NCBI GenBank assembly: GCA_965198175.1
Contig: OZ240245.1
Coordinates: 416,001 to 480,000 of the forward strand
Length of the DNA stretch: 64,000 bases
Direction: 5' to 3'
Source: Candidatus Poribacteria bacterium
Lineage (GTDB): Bacteria > Poribacteria > WGA-4E > PCPOR2b
A program made the position numbers and the translations under genes. Positions 20,751 through 30,073 of this stretch are shown one piece after another (positions within the stretch are counted from its first letter, which is position 1; each line of letters begins with the position of its first letter). Under the pieces are notes generated by a model that saw only the letters and a program-made list of their open reading frames with translations, was not told where the DNA came from and did no database searches.

Positions 20751-21460
20751 ACTACCTCTCGGGAAACCTCAAGGACATTTATACTATTTTTACACAAACC
20801 GTTGAATCGGAAAATGCCATCGGTGAAACTCACGAAAGCATCAATGTTCGGTTCAAATTTTGGCTGCACTCATTGCGGACTGAAAATGCGGGCGAGGGAG
20901 CAGTCTCAAAGGAAATACAGACCTTTTCTGAATTTATCCAGCTGCTGTTAGATGAACAATCGCGGTATGCCTATTTTTTTTCTCCCCTTGGGGATACGCA
21001 CTTTCTCATCTGCCAGTATGTCCCTCTTGAAAGTAGTCCAGAGGAAATTGAGCTCCATTTCTCCACTTACGTTGAATCGCCGGCCACTTCCTTTCAAAGC
21101 TTAAAACGGGCATGGAATAAAATGTTCAGCGCCGCTAATAAGAGGGTTTACCATCTATTCCGCGACTCACCCCCAAACTCTACAATTGGAACATTCAAGG
21201 AACGATTGTCAGTTTCCATCCCGCCCTATACGCCTCATCGCTACAATCACCCGGAACAACTTACCAAGGTTATCTATGACTTCATCAACGTTTACGGCGT
21301 TGACGGGCGCCAGCATATCCACCTGCTGAGGCACGATGATAAATTTGCCGTATTCACGACCCATTGTCCAATACGGTTCGATGGACGTTCTGTGGACCTG
21401 ACAGATGCTGATACCGCTAACGGGTTACTTGGAGACAACTACCACGTGATTATTGAATAA
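20474..21460 (+). CDS. Hypothetical protein, 328 aa
   Basis: Clean ORF; no family recognised; start could be the later Met (MSYDP). Confidence 0.75.
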   Translation: MEKNKNKPIVGRYQQLVMSYDPSVVKLPSEEDLKKALLLLDLLVGDFEKSLGFLNQLEHFVSAPLDFKTFQRKMTDLIEGTREITERALDNYHYLSGNLKDIYTIFTQTVESENAIGETHESINVRFKFWLHSLRTENAGEGAVSKEIQTFSEFIQLLLDEQSRYAYFFSPLGDTHFLICQYVPLESSPEEIELHFSTYVESPATSFQSLKRAWNKMFSAANKRVYHLFRDSPPNSTIGTFKERLSVSIPPYTPHRYNHPEQLTKVIYDFINVYGVDGRQHIHLLRHDDKFAVFTTHCPIRFDGRSVDLTDADTANGLLGDNYHVIIE

Positions 21461-22059
21461 ATCGGAGGCTGTGGATATTCATCACCAACGGAATTGTTGC
21501 TAGTTGCTAGTCATTACAGTACTAACAATGAGCCTGCAGTGTTTTACTATTCGACAGAATCCAAAACAAAATCCCAAGAAATTGAAGACATTGATAATTC
21601 TGCACGTGCAGTAGCGTTACACGTCCTTTGGAAAGCGAATCCCCCGTATGTGACGGCACTAGGGACGCATTACTTTCCAAAGACATCTTGCATCTTTGGG
21701 GGCGCAAGAACTGGAGAATTGCAAAGTTCAATGCCCTTGACACAGGCTGGGGATCCGTGTAAAATAGCATCAACCGCTTTTTTGGTTCACCGTAGGGAAA
21801 TGCCTTCCACATAGGGCAAGCCAAACCAAACTCCAAATGTACGACAATCTGGTGGTGTGATTCTCACAAGCGTCGTCTGTTGAGAGCTGTAAGGCTATAT
21901 TATCGCAATTATCGCACCGAATGAGAAAACCGCTGCCGTGTGAATTTCAAGATATACCCAATCTAGATTTCAGGATTCTCATTCAGTTGCAAACTTATCA
22001 ATCCTTGTTAGAAACGCACAGCAGGAAGTTTCAACCTCGTAAGAAGGAGGTGAAAAGCT

Positions 22060-23079
22060 ATGCAAACTCCGAAAATAAACTCAACGGTTGTGTTCGTTGG
22101 TGTGCTACTCGTGAGCAGCGTCGCTGTGCTTATGATTGCTCAAGCACAAGCCCCTATACGTTCAACTATTGCCGTTGCTACTTCTGGAGCGGAGGGATTC
22201 GGAATCTTTATCGTGGATCCCAAGAGACCGCAAGGCGGTGCAGAGCAGCTCCTAGAGGTTGAAGGGGACCCCATTCCCGGCGGATTAGAGTGGTCTCCGG
22301 ACGGCACTAAGATTGCTTTCCATACCCAAGTTGGACCGAATATAGATGTCTACGTTGTCGATGGTGACGGGGACGGTCTCAAACAGCTCACCGGCCATGA
22401 GGGGGAAGATAGCTGGCCCGCTTGGCACCCTAGTGGTCAAAAACTAGCATTCACCAGCAATCGGGATGGCAACCTTGAAATTTACACCATGACATCGGGC
22501 GGGGTAGTTATCGAAAACCTAACAAACGATCCTGCTCCGGATCAACATCCCGCGTGGTCTCCGAACGGTCGCAACATTGCTTTTGCTACCAAGCGCGGTC
22601 GTACCATCTCTGATTTGTGGCTAATGGACTCCGCGGGAGGTAACCCACACAATCTAACCAACCACAAGGGAGAAGACGTTGAACCCTCGTGGTCGTGGGA
22701 CGGCCAAAAGATTGCTTTTACCACCCGTCGGTTTGGATCTGGGCGCGCTATGACAATGGACCCTGATGGCGGTAATCTGCTGAAGATTTCGGGACCGGAC
22801 GTTGAGCGAAGAGACCCCGAGTTTTCTCCAGATGGGAAAGAAATCGCTACTGTGTGGTTTGGCGGTGGTCAGACACGCTTGGATATATATTCAAGTGATG
22901 GCAAACACGCGGATGCAGACCAACACGGAGCACCAGTGTGGGATATCATCGTTCTCGGATTCCCGAGCCGGGGTCCAGCTTGGTTCGATCCTGATTTTGT
23001 AGTACCGTTCTCTGTTTCGGCTGCGGACAAACGCCCTTTGAGTTGGGGCTGGCTAAAAAAGGCAGAGCTCGAGAAATGA
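22060..23079 (+). CDS. Exported TolB-like PD40 beta-propeller protein, paralog 1
   Basis: AAGGAGGTG RBS; signal peptide (AQA); WSPDGTKIAF, PAWHPSG, PAWSPNG repeats; C-tail FSVSAADKRPLSWGWLK. Confidence 0.92.
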   Translation: MQTPKINSTVVFVGVLLVSSVAVLMIAQAQAPIRSTIAVATSGAEGFGIFIVDPKRPQGGAEQLLEVEGDPIPGGLEWSPDGTKIAFHTQVGPNIDVYVVDGDGDGLKQLTGHEGEDSWPAWHPSGQKLAFTSNRDGNLEIYTMTSGGVVIENLTNDPAPDQHPAWSPNGRNIAFATKRGRTISDLWLMDSAGGNPHNLTNHKGEDVEPSWSWDGQKIAFTTRRFGSGRAMTMDPDGGNLLKISGPDVERRDPEFSPDGKEIATVWFGGGQTRLDIYSSDGKHADADQHGAPVWDIIVLGFPSRGPAWFDPDFVVPFSVSAADKRPLSWGWLKKAELEK

Positions 23080-23231
23080 TTCCTCCAATTCGGCAGACCT
23101 GACTTTCTCCAAAAAATCAGCTGGCTCATGTCAAAAGCAAATGGATTACGCCAGAATAGGCACCAAAAAACTTCGGGTCTAGGTTAGGACTTCAATTGAA
23201 CCGGTGTAAATCATCATGGGGAGGATAAATC

Positions 23232-24254
23232 ATGCAACACCGGAAATTGAGTTTGAAGTTAATAATATCTACGGGTGTGCTACTCTTGAGCGGTATCGCT
23301 GTACTCATGATTGCTCAAGCGCAAGCCCCTGAACGTTCAACTATTGCTGTTGCTACTTCTGGAGCGGAGGGATTCGGGATTTATTTGTTGGACCCCGAGA
23401 AGCCGGCAGCCCCTGCAGAGAAACTCCTCGAAGTTGAAGGGGACCCCATCCCCGGTGGGTTGGAGTGGTCCCTGGATGGCGCTAAGATTGCTTTCCATAC
23501 CCAAATTGGACAGAATATAGATATCTACGTAGTCAATGGTGATGGGAAAGGTCTCAAACAGCTCACCGACCATGAGGCGGAAGATAGCTGGCCGGCTTGG
23601 CACCCTAGCGGTCAGAAACTGGCTTTCACCAGCAATCGGGATGGAAACCTGGAAATTTACACCATGACGGGCGGTGGTGAAATTGTGGCGAACCTAACGA
23701 ACGATTCTGCTCCGGATAAAAATCCCGCCTGGTCCCCGAATGGTCGCAATATTGCTTTTTCTACCAAGCGTGGGCGGACACTGTCAGATATCTGGCTGAT
23801 GGACTCGGCGGGAGGCAACCTTAAGAATCTGACCAACCACAAGGGCGAAGATCTCACCCCCTCCTGGTCATGGGACGGTCAAACGATTGCCTTTACTACC
23901 CGTCGATTTGGAGCCGGTCGTACAATGCGGATGGACCCTGATGGCGGTAATCTGTTAGAGATTTCTGCGCGTCAGGTTCCGCGGTTAGACCCCGAGTTTT
24001 CTCCTGACGGGAAAGAAATCGCCAACGTGTGGTTTGGCGGTGGTCAGACGCGTCTCCATATATGGCCAAGCGATGGGGGGCTGGCGGACGCCGATGAACA
24101 CGCGGCGCCCGTTTGGAAAGAAATTGCTCTGGGTTTCCCTAGTGCGGGACCGGCCTGGTTTGACCCTGATTTTGTGGTACCGTTCTCTGTTTCCTCTGCG
24201 GACAAACGCCCTTTGAGCTGGGGCTGGCTAAAGAGCGCCGGACTTGAGAACTAG
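23232..24254 (+). CDS. Exported TolB-like PD40 beta-propeller protein, paralog 2
   Basis: Highly similar to paralog 1; signal peptide; same C-tail. Confidence 0.92.
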   Translation: MQHRKLSLKLIISTGVLLLSGIAVLMIAQAQAPERSTIAVATSGAEGFGIYLLDPEKPAAPAEKLLEVEGDPIPGGLEWSLDGAKIAFHTQIGQNIDIYVVNGDGKGLKQLTDHEAEDSWPAWHPSGQKLAFTSNRDGNLEIYTMTGGGEIVANLTNDSAPDKNPAWSPNGRNIAFSTKRGRTLSDIWLMDSAGGNLKNLTNHKGEDLTPSWSWDGQTIAFTTRRFGAGRTMRMDPDGGNLLEISARQVPRLDPEFSPDGKEIANVWFGGGQTRLHIWPSDGGLADADEHAAPVWKEIALGFPSAGPAWFDPDFVVPFSVSSADKRPLSWGWLKSAGLEN

Positions 24255-24449
24255 CAGGTGATAGACGCTGTTATTGTCCGCTGAGATAATTTGGCACGTA
24301 GATGCCATTTTATTCAGTGTATTCACTTCTGTAGTAAATTCCTGCTTAACAGTTGATGAAGAGACATAGAAACGCGGCGGTTGCCGTGAACTTTTAAATC
24401 ATTCAATCCTGATTTGTGGTCAGGGTTTCGTGAAAGGAGACAAAAGACT

Positions 24450-25475
24450 ATGCAACATCCAGTAACAGTTGTACGTCTAAGCATATTGGCGAGTGTACTC
24501 CTCGTGGGTTGTTTTGCGCTAATCCTGAGTGCACATGCTCAGGCACCCAATGGCCCAACTATCGCAGTTGCTAGTATAGGGGACGGTGGCACGCTTTGGC
24601 TGGTAGATACTGATGGGGAACGAGCGCACGCAATACACGACATTGAGGGCGATCCGGTAATCTTGGGGCTGTCGTGGTCCCCGGATGGCAATAAGATTGC
24701 GTTCTTTTCTGAAAGGAAGAAGGACGTAGAAAGTGATGTGTACGTGGTGGATGCCGATGGAAATGGTCTCAGAAATCTCACAGACCGTCAAGGGTTCGAT
24801 GGCTGGCCCACTTGGCACCCGAGCGGCCAAAGACTTGCCTTCACTTCCGATCGGGATGGTAACCTTGAAATCTACACGATGTCGGCTCAAGGAGTCATCG
24901 GTGGCAACCTCACAAACGATGCTGTTCCTGACCAAATGCCCACGTGGTCACCAGATGCTCGAAAGATTGCCTTCGCCACCAAACGGGGGAAGACGCTAGG
25001 TGACATCTGGGTGATGGACACCAGCGGTGGCAACCTCCAGAACTTGACGGATCATAGAGGTCAGGACATCGAACCCCGATTTTCCTTCGATTCCCAGAAA
25101 ATCACTTGGACAACACGGCGGTTTGGGGAAGGGGTTATCATGGCAATGGACGCCGATGGACAGAACAAGTTACAAATCTCGCCCAATCCTGAGAACGAAA
25201 AGCGGGATCCGGCTTTTTCGCCCAACGGGAAAAAAATTATCTACGTAAGATTCGGTGGGGGGCAAGCCCATATCCAGAAACGGTCGGTCAAACAGTTTGC
25301 AAAAGGTGCACCGAATGTATGCGCGGGGGATTGTTTTGAACTTCCGGGGATAGGTTTCCCAACACGATCACCGGTGTGGTTCGACCCGGATTTTGTCGTT
25401 GAGTGGGCGGTTTCTCCTGCTGACAAACGCCCATTGACATGGGGCTGGATAAAACAGTTGGGACAGAGCAGATAA
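24450..25475 (+). CDS. Exported TolB-like PD40 beta-propeller protein, paralog 3
   Basis: GAAAGGAG RBS before ATG 24450; PD40 repeats; C-tail WAVSPADKRPLTWGWIK. Confidence 0.92.
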   Translation: MQHPVTVVRLSILASVLLVGCFALILSAHAQAPNGPTIAVASIGDGGTLWLVDTDGERAHAIHDIEGDPVILGLSWSPDGNKIAFFSERKKDVESDVYVVDADGNGLRNLTDRQGFDGWPTWHPSGQRLAFTSDRDGNLEIYTMSAQGVIGGNLTNDAVPDQMPTWSPDARKIAFATKRGKTLGDIWVMDTSGGNLQNLTDHRGQDIEPRFSFDSQKITWTTRRFGEGVIMAMDADGQNKLQISPNPENEKRDPAFSPNGKKIIYVRFGGGQAHIQKRSVKQFAKGAPNVCAGDCFELPGIGFPTRSPVWFDPDFVVEWAVSPADKRPLTWGWIKQLGQSR

Positions 25476-25504
25476 TCACTGGTGCGAAGTCTGTCCACCA
25501 GATA

Positions 25505-25954
25505 ATGATGAATCAATACAGACATACCCAGATTGGTTATCTCCTCATCATCTTGTATAGTGCAGTGGTAGTCTTCATAGGCTATTTGAATGTTTTGGTG
25601 GGTTTTAACCCGTTTGCCTTAGCCGCTCTAATCGTTATGCTTTTTGTTCTAAGGCTATTCTCCAGTTTGACGGTGGCGGTCGATGACAAGATGATTAAGA
25701 TTCAATTTGGGTTGGGGATTATTCGTAAGGTTTTTCTGCTACAGGGAATTGAGACTTACTCTGTAGTCAAGAATCCTTGGTACTACGGTTGGGGGATTAG
25801 ATTCACTCCAAGAGGTTGGCTATTCAATGTTTCTGGTCTCTCGGCCATCGAACTTCAGATGAAGAATGGGAAGAGGTATCGGATAGGGACGGATGAGCCC
25901 GATAATTTAGCAAGTGCGCTTACCGAAGCTCTGAATGATGTTCCCGTTCAGTAA
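25505..25954 (+). CDS. Hypothetical membrane protein (2 TM + bacterial PH-like domain)
   Basis: Y-x-HTQIG, two TM, NPWYYGWGIR, NVSG, RIGTDEP. Confidence 0.8.
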   Translation: MMNQYRHTQIGYLLIILYSAVVVFIGYLNVLVGFNPFALAALIVMLFVLRLFSSLTVAVDDKMIKIQFGLGIIRKVFLLQGIETYSVVKNPWYYGWGIRFTPRGWLFNVSGLSAIELQMKNGKRYRIGTDEPDNLASALTEALNDVPVQ

Positions 25955-25977
25955 CTCTACGCATAGGAGGAAGAACG

Positions 25978-26763
25978 ATGTTTGTTCGTATTGTAACAAA
26001 CGATTCGATTGCGTGCATGAGTTTAGTAGCCTTCGCTTGGATTCTCGCATTATCAGGATTTGCAGAGATTGCCCCAGATACCATTGTAGGGTTGTGGCTC
26101 CTCGACGAAGATAAGGGCAGGGAAGCCAAAGATAGCTCCGGCAATGAACTTCACGGGACGTTCACAGGGTCTCCTAAGTGGAGGGAAGGAAAATTCGGCC
26201 GGGGTTTGGAACTCCCAGGCGGGGGCGATACTGTCAAGATTGAAGGATTGGCACAGGACTTTCCCGCCGAGGAAGTGACAATCACATCGTGGGTGAAGGT
26301 AGAAGGGTTCAAGAATCAAGACCTTTTTAGTCTCGAACCACTTGACCCTAGCCGCGTCACAGTCCACTTTCCGTGGGATAACCAACTCCACTGGCAGTTC
26401 AGCACTATATGGATGCATCCACCACTTCCAATTGGTGAGGAGGTTGAAGGCAAATGGCAACATTGGGCTTTCATCCATAGTATTGCGGATAACGTAATGC
26501 TTGCATATCAGGATGGCGAGGTGGTCGGAGAATCACAGAACTCCAAAGCGTATGCTCCCCGGGCCGGAGATTTTCACATAGGCGGCAGGCTAGGTTCTTC
26601 TTTTCAGGGTTTCGTTGACGAAGTTGGACTTTTTGAGGCTGTCCTTAGCCAAGCTGATATACAAAGCATTATGGAAAACGGTCTTGAGGCGCGAGTCTTT
26701 GCGGTTACACCAGCCAGCAAACTTGCGATCTCCTGGGGTCAAATCAAGGCACGAAGAGAATAA
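25978..26763 (+). CDS. Exported LamG/concanavalin A-like domain protein, paralog 1
   Basis: AGGAGG RBS; signal peptide; GLWLLDE-KG-EAKDSSGN, GKFG, WQHWAF, F-GFVDEVGLF; C-tail AVTPASKLAISWGQIK. Confidence 0.93.
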   Translation: MFVRIVTNDSIACMSLVAFAWILALSGFAEIAPDTIVGLWLLDEDKGREAKDSSGNELHGTFTGSPKWREGKFGRGLELPGGGDTVKIEGLAQDFPAEEVTITSWVKVEGFKNQDLFSLEPLDPSRVTVHFPWDNQLHWQFSTIWMHPPLPIGEEVEGKWQHWAFIHSIADNVMLAYQDGEVVGESQNSKAYAPRAGDFHIGGRLGSSFQGFVDEVGLFEAVLSQADIQSIMENGLEARVFAVTPASKLAISWGQIKARRE

Positions 26764-26898
26764 CTCGCAAACGCCCATTGACTCGTAGTTGGTTCAAGTA
26801 GTTGATGTTTGCGCCGTCGAGAAATGTTGTGTGGCTGAAAGGGCAGCCGTAAAGATTTTGAAACATATTAAACTATTTTCTACTATAGGAGTAAAATA

Positions 26899-27699
26899 AT
26901 GATGTTTGTCCGTATTGTAACAAGCATTTCAATTTCATGTATGAGTTTAGTAGTCTTGAGTTGTATTCTCGCAACATCAGGGCATGCAGAGATCGACCCA
27001 GATACCATTAGAGGGTTGTGGCTCCTTGACGAGGGTAAGGGAAAGGACGCCAAGGATAGATCGGACAATGAACGTCACGGGACGTTCACGGGAACTCCCA
27101 AATGGAGGGAAGGTAAATTCGGCCAGGCCGTTGAGTTTGGAGGTGCAGGCGACACCGTCAAGATTGAAGGATTTGGCATGGAATTTCCCTCGGAGGAAGT
27201 GACAATTACGTCGTGGGTGAAGGTAGAGGGGTTCAGGAATCAAGACCTTTTTAGTCTCGTGCCGCTTGAGGTTGGTAACAAGGGCCGCGTCACAGTCCAC
27301 TTTCCCTGGGATAACGCTGTTCACTGGCAGTTCGGCACGCCTTTTACGGGGATTGCACCGGTTGCGCTCGACAAGGCGGTGGAAGGCAAATGGCAGCACT
27401 GGGCTTTCATTCATAGTGTTAAAGAAAACGTGTTTCTTGTGTATCAGGATGGCGAGGAAGTGCGAAGAACAGCGAATTCGCAAGCGTTTGTTCCAGGAGC
27501 CGCAGATTTTCACATAGGCGGTAGACTGGGTTCTTCTTTTGAGGGTTTCGTTGACGAAGTTGGAGTTTTTGAGGCTGTCCTTAGCCAAGCTGACATAAAA
27601 AGCATCATGGAAAATGGACTTGAAGCGCGTGTCTTTGCGGTTTCGCCAGCCAGCAAACTCGCGACCTCCTGGGGTCGAATCAAAGTGCTAAGGGAGTAA
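26899..27699 (+). CDS. Exported LamG domain protein, paralog 2
   Basis: Same motifs; C-tail AVSPASKLATSWGRIK. Confidence 0.93.
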   Translation: MMFVRIVTSISISCMSLVVLSCILATSGHAEIDPDTIRGLWLLDEGKGKDAKDRSDNERHGTFTGTPKWREGKFGQAVEFGGAGDTVKIEGFGMEFPSEEVTITSWVKVEGFRNQDLFSLVPLEVGNKGRVTVHFPWDNAVHWQFGTPFTGIAPVALDKAVEGKWQHWAFIHSVKENVFLVYQDGEEVRRTANSQAFVPGAADFHIGGRLGSSFEGFVDEVGVFEAVLSQADIKSIMENGLEARVFAVSPASKLATSWGRIKVLRE

Positions 27700-27910
27700 C
27701 TCCGGGCGCGCCGCCGGAGGTGAATCGTTCTATCTTTTTATCACACTTGTCTTTCATTCCATGTGCGGCTGGATTCTTGCGAAGATTCGAAACCTTTGCA
27801 AGGGCAAAACTCGTTAAGGTACCTTCTTGGTACCCATAATTTGAACCCTTCGCGAAACTAGCCGAGTAACCAATAGCACGTGAGATTGGAATAATTGGAA
27901 ATCAACCACA

Positions 27911-28012
27911 AGGCATACACACGATTGCGAAGCAACGCTGACGGTCGCCCAGGTCATAGAGATCTGAAAAAAACGGTTCTTAATGCGTGAAGGCGTTGTT
28001 TCGGATGAAATC
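27911..28012 (+). pseudogene. Dead 5' fragment of phyH paralog 1 between LamG 2 and 3
   Basis: Reads R-HTHDCEATLTVAQVIEI*KKRFLMREGVVSDEI vs MKTHDCEATLTDSQVLEFCKNGFLMFEGVVPDEI at 30074; ATG mutated to AGG; upstream DNA also homologous. Confidence 0.9.
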
Positions 28013-28045
28013 CATTGGCAAACTGTTGTTAGGAGGCAAAAAACT

Positions 28046-28843
28046 ATGATTGTTCGTATTGTAACCAGATTTGCGATTGCATGTACGGGTTTAGTAGCCT
28101 TCAGTTGGATCTTCGCACCGTCAGTGTATGCGGAGATCGACCCAGATACTATTAGAGGATTGTGGCTGCTTGACAAAGGTAAGGGAAAGGAGGCCAAGGA
28201 TAGCTCGGGTAATGAACGTCACGGGACGTTCACCGGATCTCCCAAATGGAGAGAAGGTAAATTTGGCTTCAGCGTGGAGTTTCCAGGCGCGGGCGATACG
28301 GTCAAGATTGAAGGATTTGGTCAGGAATTTCCCGCAGAGGAAGTGACAATCACGTCGTGGGTGAAATTAGAGGGGTTCAAGAATCAAGACCTTTTTAGTC
28401 TAGAGCCGCTTGAGGTTGGCAACAAAGGTCGCGTCACAGTCCACTTTCCCTGGGATAACGGTGTTCACTGGCAGTTCGGATCGCCTTTTACGGGGGTTGA
28501 TCCAATTCCACTTGATAAATCAGCGGTAGGCAAATGGCAGCACTGGGCTTTTATTCATAGCGTTGCGGAAAACATGTTCCTTGTCTATCAGGATGGCGAG
28601 GAAGTGAAAAAAACGCCGAGGTCCAAGGCGTATGTTCCAGGTGCCGCAGATTTTCACATAGGCGGTAGACTGGGTTCTTCTTTTGAGGGATTCGTTGACG
28701 AAGTTGGACTGTTTGAGGCTGTCCTTAGCCAAGCTGACGTAAAAAGCATCATGGACAATGGCCTTGAGGCGCGCGTCTTTGCTGTTTCTCCAGCTAGCAA
28801 ACTTTCGACCTCCTGGGGTCGAATTAAAGAACTAAGAGAGTGA
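28046..28843 (+). CDS. Exported LamG domain protein, paralog 3
   Basis: AGGAGG RBS before ATG 28046; C-tail AVSPASKLSTSWGRIK. Confidence 0.93.
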   Translation: MIVRIVTRFAIACTGLVAFSWIFAPSVYAEIDPDTIRGLWLLDKGKGKEAKDSSGNERHGTFTGSPKWREGKFGFSVEFPGAGDTVKIEGFGQEFPAEEVTITSWVKLEGFKNQDLFSLEPLEVGNKGRVTVHFPWDNGVHWQFGSPFTGVDPIPLDKSAVGKWQHWAFIHSVAENMFLVYQDGEEVKKTPRSKAYVPGAADFHIGGRLGSSFEGFVDEVGLFEAVLSQADVKSIMDNGLEARVFAVSPASKLSTSWGRIKELRE

Positions 28844-28920
28844 CCCCGGGCGTGCTACCGCAGGGGAATTGTCATATCTTTGTATTCACATTTGTCCTAC
28901 AATCCATGTGTGACTGGACT

Positions 28921-28947
28921 CTTGCGAAGGTTTAAAACCTTCGCAAG
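28921..28947. repeat. REP-like perfect palindrome CTTGCGAAGGTTT-A-AAACCTTCGCAAG (degenerate copy 27776-27802)
   Basis: 13-bp inverted arms read directly; lies in homologous intergenic spacers after LamG 2 and 3. Confidence 0.8.
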
Positions 28948-29071
28948 GGCAAAACCTCGCAAGCCTACTATTTTGTCCCTACATCTTCTGGGCACCTTTA
29001 ACTCAATCATGCGCAGCACTAACCGAGTGACCAATAGCTGGTGACATTGAGAAGATTAGAGATTAACCACA

Positions 29072-29136
29072 ATGCGAACGCACGATTGCGATGCAATGCT
29101 GACGGATGCGTAGGTCAGTATGAAATTAATCAGCAA
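29072..29136 (+). pseudogene. Second dead phyH 5' fragment between LamG 3 and 4
   Basis: MRTHDCDAMLTDA*V, then an internal deletion, then ATGAAATTAATCAGC matching 30168-30183. Confidence 0.85.
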
Positions 29137-29161
29137 ACGATTTTTGGGGGAGGCAATAACG

Positions 29162-29944
29162 ATGTTTGTTCGTATTCTAACAAGATTTTCGATTGCGTGT
29201 ATAAGTTTAGTAGCCTGCGGTTGGATCTTCGCACCATCAGCGTACGCGGAGATCGACCCAGATACCATTAGAGGGTTGTGGCTTCTTGACGAAGGTAAGG
29301 GGAAGGAGGCCAAGGATAGTTCAGACAATGAACTTCACGGGACGTTCACGGGAACGCCCAAATGGAGAGATGGCAAGTTCGGCAAGAGTTTGGAGTTTCC
29401 AGGAGGAGGCGATACGGTCAAGATTGAGGGATTTGCACAGGAATTTCCCGCGGAGGAAGTGACAATCACGTCGTGGGTGAAATTAGAGGGGTTCAAGAAT
29501 CAAGACCTTTTTAGTATGGAACCGCTTGAGCCTAGTCGTGTCACAGTCCACTTCCCTTGGGATAACGCTGTTCACTGGCAGTTCAGTAATACGGGGATTG
29601 CGCCCGTCGCGATTGGCGACGAGGTGAAAGGCAAATGGCAACATTGGGCTTTCATCCATAGTGTTGCGGATAACGTGATGCTTGTCTACCAGGATGGCGA
29701 GGAGGTACGTAGGACACCGGTCTCCAAGGCGTATGTTCCGCGGGCCGGAAGTTTTCACATAGGCGGTAGGCTGGGTTCTTCTTTCGAGGGATTCGTTGAC
29801 GAAGTTGGACTATTTGAAGCTGTCCTTAGCCAAGCTGACATAAAAAGCATCATGGAAAATGGTCTTGAAGCGCGTGTCTTTGCGGTTTCGCCAGCCAGCA
29901 AACTTGCGACCTCCTGGGGCAAAATCAAGGCACAAAGAGAGTGA
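29162..29944 (+). CDS. Exported LamG domain protein, paralog 4
   Basis: GGAGG RBS before ATG 29162; C-tail AVSPASKLATSWGKIK. Confidence 0.93.
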   Translation: MFVRILTRFSIACISLVACGWIFAPSAYAEIDPDTIRGLWLLDEGKGKEAKDSSDNELHGTFTGTPKWRDGKFGKSLEFPGGGDTVKIEGFAQEFPAEEVTITSWVKLEGFKNQDLFSMEPLEPSRVTVHFPWDNAVHWQFSNTGIAPVAIGDEVKGKWQHWAFIHSVADNVMLVYQDGEEVRRTPVSKAYVPRAGSFHIGGRLGSSFEGFVDEVGLFEAVLSQADIKSIMENGLEARVFAVSPASKLATSWGKIKAQRE

Positions 29945-30073
29945 CCCAGAGACCACCTCGTTTTGCGCATTTTAACACCTGTTCTTGCGATTCATGCGCG
30001 GCTAAACCCTTCGCGGGACTAGCCGAGCGATCAATTGCGGGTTAGATTAGGAACACATTGGAGATCAACCACA

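Noticed and set aside
21494..21836. Overlapping ~105-aa ORFs on both strands
   Set aside because: No in-frame RBS/start support and no recognisable motifs
24291..24307. TTGGCACGTAGATGC as a sigma54 promoter
   Set aside because: GG-GC spacing is 9 nt rather than the required 10
27983..28045. N-terminal extensions of LamG 3 (and 29120-29161 for LamG 4) in the ORF track
   Set aside because: Derived from phyH pseudogene fragments; true starts follow strong RBSs at 28046 and 29162
25978..29944. Diversity-generating retroelement acting on the LamG array
   Set aside because: No reverse transcriptase, and differences are not adenine-specific TR/VR-type
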